Positions 20,790-30,626 of a DNA stretch of 64,000 nt are shown here, one piece after another (position 1 is the first letter of the stretch; every line of letters begins with the position of its first letter). Both the position numbers and the translations under genes were made by a program. Under the pieces are notes generated by a model that had not been told where the DNA came from, ran no database searches, and saw only the letters and a list, made by a program, of their open reading frames with translations. Source of the stretch: an uncultured Clostridia bacterium (GTDB lineage: Bacteria > Bacillota > Clostridia > Oscillospirales > Oscillospiraceae); the NCBI GenBank assembly GCA_945873695.1, contig CAMCDX010000002.1, forward strand, positions 7,790-71,789, read 5' to 3'.

Positions 20790-21941
20790 TTACAGACCAA
20801 AGAGCTCGGCCAGCTTGTCTTCCTTCAGCTCGGCGCCGATGACGCACAGGCGGCCGGTATAGTCGGGATGGCCCGCCCGGACGTCGTGCTCCTCGGGCAC
20901 ATAGTCGAATTCGATCCAGGCACCGTTCTCGCCGTTCACGATGCCCTTGGCCCGGAGGATCTTGCCGTACTCGCCGGAGTCCAGAGCCGTCAGGATGCGC
21001 GCGATGTCGGCCTGGGTGAAGGGCTTGGGGGTTTCCTTGCCCCAGGAGGTGAATACCTCATCGGCGTGATGGTGGTGATGGTGGCAGGAGCACTCGGGGT
21101 CGTCGCACTCATGGTCATGGTCATGATGGTGGTGCTCGTGCCCTTCCTCATCATGGTCGTGATGGTGATGGTGCTCGTGCTCCTCATCCTCATCGTGGTC
21201 GTGATGGTGATGATGCTCATGGTCGTCATCATCGTCGTGGTCATGATGATGCTCATGGTCGTGCTCGTGATGATGGTGGGCGTGCTCCGCCTCCTCGGCC
21301 TCGTGCTCCGCCCGCATCTTCTCCAGCAGCTCATCCGCCAGGGACACCTTCTCAATGGCGGAGAGGATCACCTTGCCGTCCAGCTGGTCCCAGGGGGTGG
21401 TCAGGATAGCGGCGTCGGGATTTTTCTCCTGAAGCATGGCGACGGCGGCCTCCAGCTTCTCCTGGCTCAGCTTCTGAGTCCGGGAGAGGACGATGGTGCC
21501 GGCGGATTCGATCTGGTTGTTGTAGAACTCTCCGAAGTTTTTCATATAGACCTTCACCTTGGTGGCATCGGCCACGGTGACGAAGCTGTTCAGCTTCATC
21601 TCCGGCACGTCGGCCACCGTGTTCTCCACCGCCACGATGACGTCGCTGAGCTTGCCCACGCCGGAGGGCTCGATCAGGATGCGGTCGGGGTGGAACTGGG
21701 TCTCCACGTCCTTCAGCGCCTTGTTGAAGTCGCCCACCAGGGAGCAGCAGATGCAGCCGGAGGACATCTCGGAGATCTGGACGCCGGATTCCTTCAGGAA
21801 GCCGCCGTCGATGCTGATCTCGCCGAACTCGTTTTCAATGAGCACCAGCTTCTCGCCGGGGAAGGCCTCCGCCAGCAGCTTTTTAATGAGCGTGGTCTTG
21901 CCGGCACCCAAAAAGCCGGAGACAATGTCGATCTTGGTCAT
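20790..21941 (-). CDS. COG0523/CobW G3E GTPase metallochaperone with long His-rich insert
   Basis: GFLGAGKTT, ENEFG, GCICC, IEPSG, LRAKG. Confidence 0.92.
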   Translation of the reverse strand: MTKIDIVSGFLGAGKTTLIKKLLAEAFPGEKLVLIENEFGEISIDGGFLKESGVQISEMSSGCICCSLVGDFNKALKDVETQFHPDRILIEPSGVGKLSDVIVAVENTVADVPEMKLNSFVTVADATKVKVYMKNFGEFYNNQIESAGTIVLSRTQKLSQEKLEAAVAMLQEKNPDAAILTTPWDQLDGKVILSAIEKVSLADELLEKMRAEHEAEEAEHAHHHHEHDHEHHHDHDDDDDHEHHHHHDHDEDEEHEHHHHHDHDEEGHEHHHHDHDHECDDPECSCHHHHHHADEVFTSWGKETPKPFTQADIARILTALDSGEYGKILRAKGIVNGENGAWIEFDYVPEEHDVRAGHPDYTGRLCVIGAELKEDKLAELFGL

Positions 21942-22024
21942 GGTATCAAGTCCTTTTCAAAAATTTTCTGAACAGGACATATCATACCACGAAAGCGGGA
22001 AAATGCAACCAAATCGCAAAAAAT

Positions 22025-23371
22025 TTACAGCCTTTTCCGCCCCTTTTTCTGAAAGACCGCTGCCTCCTCAGCCACGGTGCCGGAGAGGGCCAGCAGGCAC
22101 AGCAGGTTGGGCAGAGCCATCATCGCGTTGCAGATATCGGTCAGGCGGAACACGGTGTCCGCCTCGGTGCCGGCGCCCCAGAACACGGCCAGGGCGAAGA
22201 GGAGACGGTAGAGAATCAAAGGGCGGCTGCCGAAGAGGTACTGGAAGGCCTGCTCCCCCTGGACTTCCCAGCCCAGAATGGTGGAAAAGGCGAACAGTAC
22301 GATGGCTCCGCAGAGAAAGGTCCCGCCCCAGTCCCCCAGAGTGGACCGGAAGGCCAGCAGGGTCAGGGCCGCACCGTCCGACGTCCCCAGAACGCCGGAG
22401 CAGCAGATGGCGAGGCCGGTGACGGTGCAGATGACCATGGTGTCGAAGAACACGGCGGTCATGCTGATGTAGCCCTGGCGGACCGGGTCCCGCCCGTCGG
22501 CGGAGGCTGCGGCGATGGCGGCGGAGCCCATGCCCGCCTCATTGGACAATACGCCCCGGGCCACGCCCCAGCGGAGGGCGGTCCAGGCGGTGCCCAGGAC
22601 GCCGCCCGCCGCCGCCCGGAAGGAGAAGGCCTCCCGGAACATGGCCGCCAGGACTCCGGGCAGTGCGTCCAGCCGCAGCAGGATCACCGCCGTCCCGGCG
22701 GCCAGATATCCCACCGCCATCACCGGCACCAGGGCGGAGGACACTGAGGAGACTCGCCGGATGCCGCCCAGGATAACGGCCAGGGCCAGCAGCGCCGTCA
22801 CCAGCCCCACCCGCCGCACCGGCAGGCCCGCGGTGTCCCGGAGAGCTTCGGCGATGGAGCTGGCCTGGGTCATGCCGCCGATACCCAGGGAGGCCGCCAC
22901 GGCAAAGATGGCGAACAGCGCCCCCATGGTCCGGCCGGCCCGGCCCAGGCGGGCGGACATCACGTACATGGGCCCGCCGGTCCATCCGCCCTGTTGGTCC
23001 CGGCGGCGGTATTTCACCGACAGCATGCACTCGGCGAACTTGGTGGACAGGCCGAAGAGGGCGGACAGCTCCATCCACACCAGGGCTCCCGGCCCTCCCG
23101 CCGCCAGGGCGGTGGCTACCCCCACGATGTTCCCGGTGCCGATGGTGGCAGCCAGAGCGGTCATCAGGGCGGAGAAGGGGGAGATGCCCCCCTCCCGGGA
23201 ACGGGCCCGGGCCTCCCGGCCCATAGCGGTGCCCAGGGCCCAGCCCAGGTTCCGCCAGGGCAGAAAGCGGGTGCGAAGGGTGAGACAGACGCCGGTGCTG
23301 ATGAAGAGGGCCAGCATCGCCGGCCCCCAGACGTGGTCGTCGGCGACCCGGACCCATTGGGCAAAGGACAT
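22025..23371 (-). CDS. Alanine/glycine:cation symporter (AGCS/AlsT family)
   Basis: ATIGTGNIVGVA, GGPGALVWM, GGPMY, SNEAGMGS. Confidence 0.9.
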   Translation of the reverse strand: MSFAQWVRVADDHVWGPAMLALFISTGVCLTLRTRFLPWRNLGWALGTAMGREARARSREGGISPFSALMTALAATIGTGNIVGVATALAAGGPGALVWMELSALFGLSTKFAECMLSVKYRRRDQQGGWTGGPMYVMSARLGRAGRTMGALFAIFAVAASLGIGGMTQASSIAEALRDTAGLPVRRVGLVTALLALAVILGGIRRVSSVSSALVPVMAVGYLAAGTAVILLRLDALPGVLAAMFREAFSFRAAAGGVLGTAWTALRWGVARGVLSNEAGMGSAAIAAASADGRDPVRQGYISMTAVFFDTMVICTVTGLAICCSGVLGTSDGAALTLLAFRSTLGDWGGTFLCGAIVLFAFSTILGWEVQGEQAFQYLFGSRPLILYRLLFALAVFWGAGTEADTVFRLTDICNAMMALPNLLCLLALSGTVAEEAAVFQKKGRKRL

Positions 23372-23466
23372 GGCGCTCCCTCCTTTGGAGTACCTTATGC
23401 GCCCCGGGGGCGGGTCCATGCCTCCGGGCATGAGAAACCGGCAGGCAAAAGCCTGCCGGTTCGGCC

Positions 23467-24009
23467 TCAGCTCTCCATATGGCGGCCCAGGAAGGCCGAG
23501 ATGGTCTGGGCCAGCTTGTACTCCGTCTCTCCGGTGGCGGCGGCGGAGTCCGTGCCGATAAAGAGGACCAGGCCCAGCAGGTCGCCCTCTGCCAGGATGG
23601 GCGCCGCCAGGTCTGTGAAGTAGCGGTCACCGTCCTCGCAGACGGGGACGGCGTGGCCGCCGCCTTCCCGCTGGTAGATCTTCCGGCCCTCCATGATCTG
23701 CTCCAGCTCCGGCGCAATGCGCTTGCCCATCAGCTCCCGCTTGCCGCCGCCGGCCACGGCGATGATGGTGTCACGGTCCGTGACGGCGCAGACACAGCCG
23801 GTGGAGCGGCTCATGGTCTCACACAGGTCGGCGGCGAAATCTTCCACGCCGCCCAGCAGAGAGTACTTTTTGAAGATCACCTCACCGTCGCGACTGGTGT
23901 ATATTTCCAGCGGGTCTCCCTCCCGGATGCGCATGGTGCGGCGAATCTCCTTGGGGATGACCACCCTGCCCAGGTCGTCGATCCGCCGCACGATTCCAGT
24001 TGCCTTCAT
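23467..24009 (-). CDS. spoVT: Stage V sporulation protein T
   Basis: MKATGIVRRIDDLGRVVIPKEIRRT AbrB-type domain plus GAF-like C-terminus. Confidence 0.93.
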   Translation of the reverse strand: MKATGIVRRIDDLGRVVIPKEIRRTMRIREGDPLEIYTSRDGEVIFKKYSLLGGVEDFAADLCETMSRSTGCVCAVTDRDTIIAVAGGGKRELMGKRIAPELEQIMEGRKIYQREGGGHAVPVCEDGDRYFTDLAAPILAEGDLLGLVLFIGTDSAAATGETEYKLAQTISAFLGRHMES

Positions 24010-24056
24010 ATTGAAAACTCCTTTTCATGAATTGGCTATGTGAAGTTGACAACTGG

Positions 24057-24085
24057 TAGTATCCTCAATATTTTCCGCCTTATGC
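24057..24085 (-). promoter_or_regulatory. Forespore sigma (G/F)-type promoter of spoVT
   Basis: GCATA-17-GATACTA versus sigma-G consensus GCATA..CATACTA. Confidence 0.55.
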
Positions 24086-24117
24086 CGGGGCGGCGGCTGG
24101 AGAAGTCTGGCAAACTT

Positions 24118-25902
24118 TTATTTTTGCAGCAGCCGCCAGAGGGTGGTGCGGCTGATGCCCAGCCGCTTGGCCGCGGCGGTCTGGTTGCCGCCGGTCTCCT
24201 CCATCACCCGCAGCGCCACGTCCTGGCTGATCTCATTTAGGGTTCGGTTCAGGTTCAGCGGCACGGCGGCGTTTTCCGCGTGGGGGGAGAAGGCACCCAC
24301 GTGCCGCTCCTTCCGCAGGGCCTGCCGGACGTTCTCCACCGTGATGAAGGGCCCGGAGGCGGTGACGGCCAGTTCCCCGATGACCCGGCGGAACTGAGTG
24401 TAGTTATGGGGCCACTGGAAATTCTGCAGCAGAGTGAGGGCCTCCGGCTCCGCCCCCATGATCTGCCGGGGCATGTCCGCGTTCAGATGGCTGAGGGATA
24501 GGTTCACCAAAGTGGGGATGCGCTCCGCCATCTGCCGCAGGGGCGGCAGGTAGAGGGAGAGGCAGCACAGCTTGTCCATGAACAGGGAGCCCACGGCGGA
24601 GGTGTACTCTCCGGGCTGGCAGACGCAGGAGAAAATGACCCGGTTCCGGCGGCACACGTCCATTTCGGAGAGGACGGCCAGCAGCTGCTGCCGCCGCTCC
24701 TGGGAGAGGGCGTCGATGCTGGCGAAGTACAGGGTATTGCCCTGGTCCGCCAGGGGGGAGTTGTGGTGCTCCAGCAAAAAGGCCCAGCTTTTGTCGTTCA
24801 GCAGGCTGCAGTTGATGGACACCAGAGGGGCGTTCCGCAGGGGACCCCGCATGTAGAGGACGCTGACGATGGACTCCTTGCCGGTGCCGTCCTCGCCGGT
24901 GACCATCACCGGCGTAGTGCTCTGACTGATCTGCTCAATGTCCTGCTGGAGGTCGCTGATGGAACCGGCGAAGCTGAAAATGCTGCTGTAAAAAGCGTTT
25001 TCCGCCTCCGGCCGGGTGGAAAAGCGAATTCCCACCTGGCTGGGGGAAAGGGGCGTCTTCCGGGCATCGAAGAAAAAGGCGGTGTAGGTGAGGCTGCCGC
25101 TGGAGATGCGCCGGGCGCGGATGGCGTACAGCATCCCGCCCAGGTTCCGGGTGATCCGCCGCTCCGCTTCCAGCTGGGACTCCGGCAGCTCCCGGCGCAG
25201 CAGCTCCAGCAGCTCCGGCTTGGGGTCGTCCGGGGTGGAGAGGAACAGGTTCCCCTCCTGGTCAAAGACCACGGTCTGGCTGATCTGTCCCTGGATCAGC
25301 TCCCGGAAGAACAGGTTCTCGTCCCGCAGGCGCTGTTGGCTGCGGCACAGCAGCAGCGCCTGGTCAAAAGCCTTGCGGATGCTGTCGGGTCCGGAGGTAA
25401 TGAGGAAGGAGTTCAGTCCCAGCCGCTTGGCGGTGGCGTTGGCCATCATGTCGCACAGGATGGACTGGTAATTGTTCCTTTGGAGCTGACGCAGGGTAGG
25501 CTCCACGTCCTCGGAGGATTCCAGCGTGTAAATATCCATGTCGTACCGCATCAGGTCGCACAGCAGCTGGGCGCTGCTGGTGCAGTTGGCAAAGGAGACC
25601 ATGGCGATCTTGCCCGTCAGACCGTCCGCCAGCCTCAGGGCGCAGAGAATATCGTACATGGAGATATCGATCTCAATGACCGGGAGAGCCAGGTTTTTTC
25701 GCAGTATCTTGGCGGTGCCGCCCCGGGAGATGACCACGTCGTAATTCCCGTGGAAGTTGCTTCTGGCGATCTCCAGGCCTTGTTCCATATCGCCCACGAA
25801 CAGCGTCAGGTCGATCTGGGGATAGTCCTCCACCACCCTGGACATCAGGGTTTTCATGCCCTCGTAGGGCGCGATGCCGAGAACACGGATGCGATTGCTC
25901 AT
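24118..25902 (-). CDS. PrpR-N domain regulator with degenerate AAA+ domain and Fis HTH
   Basis: DVVISRGGTA, GEDGTGKE, WPHNYTQF, NQTAAAKRLGISRTTLWR; no GAFTGA. Confidence 0.85.
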   Translation of the reverse strand: MSNRIRVLGIAPYEGMKTLMSRVVEDYPQIDLTLFVGDMEQGLEIARSNFHGNYDVVISRGGTAKILRKNLALPVIEIDISMYDILCALRLADGLTGKIAMVSFANCTSSAQLLCDLMRYDMDIYTLESSEDVEPTLRQLQRNNYQSILCDMMANATAKRLGLNSFLITSGPDSIRKAFDQALLLCRSQQRLRDENLFFRELIQGQISQTVVFDQEGNLFLSTPDDPKPELLELLRRELPESQLEAERRITRNLGGMLYAIRARRISSGSLTYTAFFFDARKTPLSPSQVGIRFSTRPEAENAFYSSIFSFAGSISDLQQDIEQISQSTTPVMVTGEDGTGKESIVSVLYMRGPLRNAPLVSINCSLLNDKSWAFLLEHHNSPLADQGNTLYFASIDALSQERRQQLLAVLSEMDVCRRNRVIFSCVCQPGEYTSAVGSLFMDKLCCLSLYLPPLRQMAERIPTLVNLSLSHLNADMPRQIMGAEPEALTLLQNFQWPHNYTQFRRVIGELAVTASGPFITVENVRQALRKERHVGAFSPHAENAAVPLNLNRTLNEISQDVALRVMEETGGNQTAAAKRLGISRTTLWRLLQK

Positions 25903-25918
25903 AAGACCCCTCCTGTGC

Positions 25919-26110
25919 GTTTCAATTTTAAACATATTATACCAAACGCACAAAAGCACCGCAAGGTTTTTTCCGTGTGTTTCAAAAATAAACAATGATA
26001 TGCCGAAAAAAGATTGCCATTTCAGAGAGGAGTTTATATAATAGCCCCAAAGAAAAGCGAAATTGTGTAAAACTTTTGTTAAACGCAAAAAATACGTTTC
26101 AAAAATGAAC
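25919..26110. promoter_or_regulatory. Divergent sigma-A promoters with three GTTTCA-N5-(A/G)AAC sites
   Basis: Sites at 25919-25933, 25979-25993, 26096-26110; TTGCCA-17-TATAAT (26014-26042, +); TTGCGG-17-TATAAT (25964-25936, -). Confidence 0.7.
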
Positions 26111-26127
26111 GGTCAGGAGGTGAACAG

Positions 26128-27372
26128 ATGGTAAAGCTGTTGATCATCGCGGACGATTTCACCGGCGCGCTGGATACCGGCGTGCAGTTCGCCGCCAGAG
26201 GCGCGGTCACCCGCGTGGTGACGGACCCGGGCTATGACTTCGCACAGGCCGACGCGGAGGTTCTGGTGATGGTGGCGGAGACCCGGCATCTGCCGCCCAA
26301 GGAGGCCTATGATGTGGTGTACCGGGCGGCCCGGAACGCCCGGCAGGCCGGCATCCCTTACATATATAAAAAGACGGACTCCGCCCTGCGTGGAAACATC
26401 GGCAGTGAGCTGACGGCGGTGATGGACGCCGCTGAAGCGGATACCATCGCGTTCCTGCCGGCCTTCCCCAAGATGGGGCGGGTCACCCGGAACGGCATTC
26501 ATTATGTGGACGGCGTGCCGGTGGCGGAGAGCGTATTCGGAAAGGATCCCTTTGAGCCGGTGACGGCTTCCGCCGTGGCGGAGATCATCGGCGGACAGAC
26601 GGCGGCACCGGTGGTGCTCCACCGTTTGGATGAAGCGGCGGCGCCCGCCGCCCCGGGCATCCAGGTCTACGACGCCGATACCGACGGCGACCTGGCCCGT
26701 ATCGGCGGGGAACTGGGGGCTGAGGGGCTGCATCTTTCCGCCGGCTGCGCCGGATTTGCCACGGCGCTGGCGGATTTCCTGGGACTGAATGGGCCCGCAC
26801 CGCGGATGCCCCAGCTGCCTCCGGCGTTCTTTGTGGCCTGCGGCAGCGTGAACCCGGTGACGCTGCGGCAGATGCGGACGGCAGAGGAGGACGGCTTTGT
26901 CCACATCCACCTGGAGCCGGTCCAGAAGCTGGAAAAGTCCTGGCTGGAGAGCGGGGACTGCGGGGACAAGATCAAGACCTGGCTGGAGCAGGCCGCCGGG
27001 AGCCGGCGCTGCATCCTGGACGTCAATGACCCGGCGGACCGGGACGACACGGAGGTGTACGCCAGGGCCCACGGCCTGACCACCGAGGACCTGCGGGTCC
27101 GGATCTCCACCCAGCTGGCCGGCCTGATGAAGCGGATGCTGGACGGCGGCCTGGACGCCACCATTCTCTGCACCGGCGGCGACACGCTGCTGGCGCTGAT
27201 GCGTGCCGTGGGCGTGGCGGAGCTGACGCCGGTGCGGGAGCTGGCCACCGGCGCGGTGCTGACCAATTTCGTCTACAAGGAAAAAACCTATTCCATCATT
27301 TCAAAGTCCGGCGGATTCGGAGAGCCTCAGCTGTTTTGTGAGCTGGCCGCTCTGGTGGGCGCCGGGAAATAA
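26128..27372 (+). CDS. Four-carbon acid sugar kinase (DUF1537, DtnK/DenK-like)
   Basis: IADDFTGALDTG, KKTDSALRGN, TGGDT, KSGGFG. Confidence 0.9.
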   Translation: MVKLLIIADDFTGALDTGVQFAARGAVTRVVTDPGYDFAQADAEVLVMVAETRHLPPKEAYDVVYRAARNARQAGIPYIYKKTDSALRGNIGSELTAVMDAAEADTIAFLPAFPKMGRVTRNGIHYVDGVPVAESVFGKDPFEPVTASAVAEIIGGQTAAPVVLHRLDEAAAPAAPGIQVYDADTDGDLARIGGELGAEGLHLSAGCAGFATALADFLGLNGPAPRMPQLPPAFFVACGSVNPVTLRQMRTAEEDGFVHIHLEPVQKLEKSWLESGDCGDKIKTWLEQAAGSRRCILDVNDPADRDDTEVYARAHGLTTEDLRVRISTQLAGLMKRMLDGGLDATILCTGGDTLLALMRAVGVAELTPVRELATGAVLTNFVYKEKTYSIISKSGGFGEPQLFCELAALVGAGK

Positions 27373-27386
27373 AAGGAGGACGCAGT

Positions 27387-28541
27387 ATGCTGACCAAGTA
27401 CGATTTGAAAATGCCCCATGCCGTCTTCAGCGGTGAGGACGCCCTGGGCAAGATCCGTGATATCTTCGCTGAGAACGGTGTGAAGCATCTGGCGGTGTTC
27501 ACCGACAAGGGCATCGAGGGCGCGGGCCTGCTGGACTTCCCCATGGAGCAGGTCAAGGCCACCGGCGTTGCCTACACCATCCTGGACGACCTGCCTGCCG
27601 AGCCCTCCTACATGGAGGCCCAGAAGCTGGTGGATCAGTGCAAGGAATACGGCGCTGACTTCATTATGGCCGTGGGCGGCGGCTCCGTCATGGATACCGC
27701 CAAGCTGGCTTCCGTCCTGATGACTGACGAGTACGGCATCAAGGAACTGCTGGACACCCCGGGCCGGGCCAAGAAGTGCATCAAGACCCTGATGATCCCC
27801 ACCACCGCCGGCACCGGCTCCGAGGCCACCCCCAACGCCATCGTGGCCGTGCCTGAGAAGCAGCTGAAGGTGGGCATCGTCAACACCAACATGATCGCCG
27901 ACTACGTCATTCTGGACGCCGTTATGATCAAGAAGCTGCCCCGGAAGATCGCCGCTGCCACCGGTGTGGACGCTCTGGCTCACGCCATCGAGTGCTGGAC
28001 CTCCAACAAGGCCAACCCCTTCAGCGACATCTTCGCCATGCAGGCTCTGGACATGATTCTGAACAACATCGAGCGGGCCTGCGACGATCCCGAGGCCATG
28101 GACGCCAAGAACAAGATGCAGATCGCCAGCTTCTACGCCGGCGTTGCCATCACCGCCTCCGGCACCACCGCCGTCCATGCCCTGAGCTATCCCTTGGGCG
28201 GCAAGTACCACATCGCCCACGGCGTGTCCAACGCCATCCTGCTGGCCCCTGTCATGCGGTTCAACGAGCCCGCCTGCCGGGAGCGGCTGGCCGAGGCCTA
28301 TGACCGCTGCATCCATGGCGATGCCAAGACTGTGGAGGAAAAGAGCGCCGCCGTCATCGCCAAGCTGGAGGGTATCGTGAAGCACCTGGACATCCCCACC
28401 AGCCTCACCGAGTTCGGCGTGCCCAAGGAGGACCTGGAGGCCCTGGTCGCCTCCGGTATGGAAGTCACCCGCCTGCTGGTGAACAATATGCGGGAAGTCA
28501 CCCCCGACGACGCCCGCCGAATTTATCAGGAAGTTCTGTAA
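27387..28541 (+). CDS. Iron-containing alcohol dehydrogenase
   Basis: GGGSVMD, PTTAGTGSE, DALAHAIE, HALSY, HGVSNA. Confidence 0.92.
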   Translation: MLTKYDLKMPHAVFSGEDALGKIRDIFAENGVKHLAVFTDKGIEGAGLLDFPMEQVKATGVAYTILDDLPAEPSYMEAQKLVDQCKEYGADFIMAVGGGSVMDTAKLASVLMTDEYGIKELLDTPGRAKKCIKTLMIPTTAGTGSEATPNAIVAVPEKQLKVGIVNTNMIADYVILDAVMIKKLPRKIAAATGVDALAHAIECWTSNKANPFSDIFAMQALDMILNNIERACDDPEAMDAKNKMQIASFYAGVAITASGTTAVHALSYPLGGKYHIAHGVSNAILLAPVMRFNEPACRERLAEAYDRCIHGDAKTVEEKSAAVIAKLEGIVKHLDIPTSLTEFGVPKEDLEALVASGMEVTRLLVNNMREVTPDDARRIYQEVL

Positions 28542-28568
28542 AAGAGTTTTGATAAGGAGAAAACTGAC

Positions 28569-29477
28569 ATGAAGAACGTCGTCATCAAAGGTATCATTCC
28601 TCCCGTTGTCACCCCCATGAACGCTGATGAGAGCGTGAACATCCCCGAGCTCCGCAACCAGATCGAGCGTCAGATCGCCGGCGGTGTCCACGGCATTTTC
28701 CCCTTCGGCACCAACGGCGAGGGTTACATCCTGAGCCTGAAGGAGAAGGAGGAGGTTCTGGAGGCCACCATCGATCAGGTGAAGGGCCGCATCCCTGTGT
28801 ATGCCGGCACCGGCTGCATCTCCACCCGCGACACCGTCTACATGAGCAAGCGTGCCGAGGAGATGGGCGCCGACGTCCTCTCCATCATCACTCCCAGCTT
28901 CGCCCTGGCCAGCCAGAAGGAGCTGTATGACCACTACTGTGAGGTGGCCAAGCACGTGAACATCCCCATCGTGCTGTACAACATTCCCGCCCGTACCGGC
29001 AACAAGCTGCTGCCCGAGACCGTGGGCAAGCTGGCCCGGGACGTGGACGTCATCATGGGCGCTAAGGACTCCAGCGGCGACATCGAGAATCTGAAGGCCT
29101 ACATCCGGGAGACCCGGGATATCGGCAAGGATTTCGCCGTGCTGGCCGGCAACGACGGCAACATCCTGACCTGCCTGAAGGAAGGCGGCGCCGGCGGCAT
29201 CGCGGGCCGCGCCAACCTGTATCCCAAGACTCTGGCTTCCATTTACAACTACTTTGTGGCGGGCGATCTGGAGAAGGCCCAGGAGGCCCAGGACGCCGTG
29301 GCCACGCTGTCCCGGGTGTTCAAGTTCGGCAATCCCAACACCATCATCAAGAGGGCCGTCAACCTGCTGGGCTACCCTGTGGGCGACTGCCGTAAGCCCT
29401 TCAACTATCTGTGCGACGAGGGCATCGAGGAACTGAAGGCGGTCCTGAAGGAGAACGAGGAAAGGGGCCTCTGCTGA
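28569..29477 (+). CDS. DapA/NanA-family class I aldolase (probably catabolic)
   Basis: GTNGE, YNIPARTG, KDSSG. Confidence 0.88.
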   Translation: MKNVVIKGIIPPVVTPMNADESVNIPELRNQIERQIAGGVHGIFPFGTNGEGYILSLKEKEEVLEATIDQVKGRIPVYAGTGCISTRDTVYMSKRAEEMGADVLSIITPSFALASQKELYDHYCEVAKHVNIPIVLYNIPARTGNKLLPETVGKLARDVDVIMGAKDSSGDIENLKAYIRETRDIGKDFAVLAGNDGNILTCLKEGGAGGIAGRANLYPKTLASIYNYFVAGDLEKAQEAQDAVATLSRVFKFGNPNTIIKRAVNLLGYPVGDCRKPFNYLCDEGIEELKAVLKENEERGLC

Positions 29478-29516
29478 GCATAGGCTGTCATTCAAGAGTT
29501 TTGAGGAGGAGTACAT

Positions 29517-30596
29517 ATGAACAAACCCATTCTCGGCATTTCCATGGGTGATCCTTTCGGCAACGGCCCTGAGATCACCGTCAAGGCCCTGGCGGACAAG
29601 ACCATCTATGACCGCTGCCGTCCCCTGGTGGTGGGCGATGTCAGTTCCATGGAGTATGCCGCCAAGGTGGCCAAGAAGGTCTCCGGCATTGATATGAAGA
29701 TCCGCCCCATCAAGGCCGTCAGCGAGGCCAACTACGAGTACGGCGTCATCGACGTGTACGATATGAGCATCGTCAAGGCCAGCGACATCCCCGGCGACCC
29801 CGAGAATCCCAAGCCCTTCGGCCTGGGTGCCACCGCTCTGGGCGGCGAGGCGGCCTTCCAGTACGTGGTGAAGGTCATTGAGCTGGCCATGGCCGGTGAG
29901 ATCGACGCCACCATCACCAACGCCCTGAGCAAGGAAGCCATCAACATGGCCGGCCATCATTACTCCGGCCACACCGAGATCTACGCCGACTACACCCACA
30001 CCAGCAAGTACACCATGATGCTGGCCCACGAGGACCTGCGGGTGGTCCACGTCTCCACCCACGTCTCCCTGCGGGAGGCCTGCGACCGGGTGAAGAAAGA
30101 CCGGGTGCTGGACGTCATCCGCATCGCCAACGAGGGCTGCAAGGCCATCGGCATCAAGGAGCCCAAGCTGGCCGTGGCCGGCCTGAACCCCCACTGCGGT
30201 GAGAACGGCATGTTCGGCACCGAGGAGATCGAGGAGATCCAGCCCGCCATCGACATTGCGCTGGCTGAGGGCATCAACATCGTGGAGAAGAAGCCCACGC
30301 CTCCCGATACCGTGTTCTCCAAGGCGCTGGGCGGTTGGTACGACATCGTGGTGGTCATGTACCACGACCAGGGCCACATCCCCCTGAAGGTGGAGGGCTT
30401 TGTGTACAACAAGGCCGAGGGCCACTGGGACGCCGTGGCCGGCGTCAATGTGACGCTGGGCCTGCCCATCATCCGCTCCTCCGTGGACCACGGCACCGGC
30501 TTCGGTCACGCCGGCGACGGTCACGCCAACGAGCTGAGCCTGGTCAACGCCATGGACTACGGCATCCGCATGGCCAACGCCAAGGCTGAGCAGTAA
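29517..30596 (+). CDS. pdxA: PdxA2-like 4-phospho-tetronate dehydrogenase
   Basis: MGDP.G.GPE, GHTE, STH, NPHCGE, MYHDQG, SVDHGT; clustered with a DUF1537 kinase. Confidence 0.9.
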   Translation: MNKPILGISMGDPFGNGPEITVKALADKTIYDRCRPLVVGDVSSMEYAAKVAKKVSGIDMKIRPIKAVSEANYEYGVIDVYDMSIVKASDIPGDPENPKPFGLGATALGGEAAFQYVVKVIELAMAGEIDATITNALSKEAINMAGHHYSGHTEIYADYTHTSKYTMMLAHEDLRVVHVSTHVSLREACDRVKKDRVLDVIRIANEGCKAIGIKEPKLAVAGLNPHCGENGMFGTEEIEEIQPAIDIALAEGINIVEKKPTPPDTVFSKALGGWYDIVVVMYHDQGHIPLKVEGFVYNKAEGHWDAVAGVNVTLGLPIIRSSVDHGTGFGHAGDGHANELSLVNAMDYGIRMANAKAEQ

Positions 30597-30626
30597 GAAA
30601 GACGTTCAAAAAGAGGGAACTGTTCT

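Noticed and set aside
21060-21300. Periodic repeats that might suggest a CRISPR array
   Set aside because: Codon repeats of the His-rich tract; no constant repeat with unique spacers and no cas genes
27327-30524. 1065-aa antisense ORF (likewise 569-2950, 7390-9678, 53560-56427 and others)
   Set aside because: Shadow ORFs opposite well-supported genes, expected from high GC3 codon bias; no motifs or RBS
28569-30596. Lysine (dapA) or vitamin B6 (pdxA) biosynthesis
   Set aside because: Context with a DUF1537 kinase and a transporter indicates catabolic paralogs
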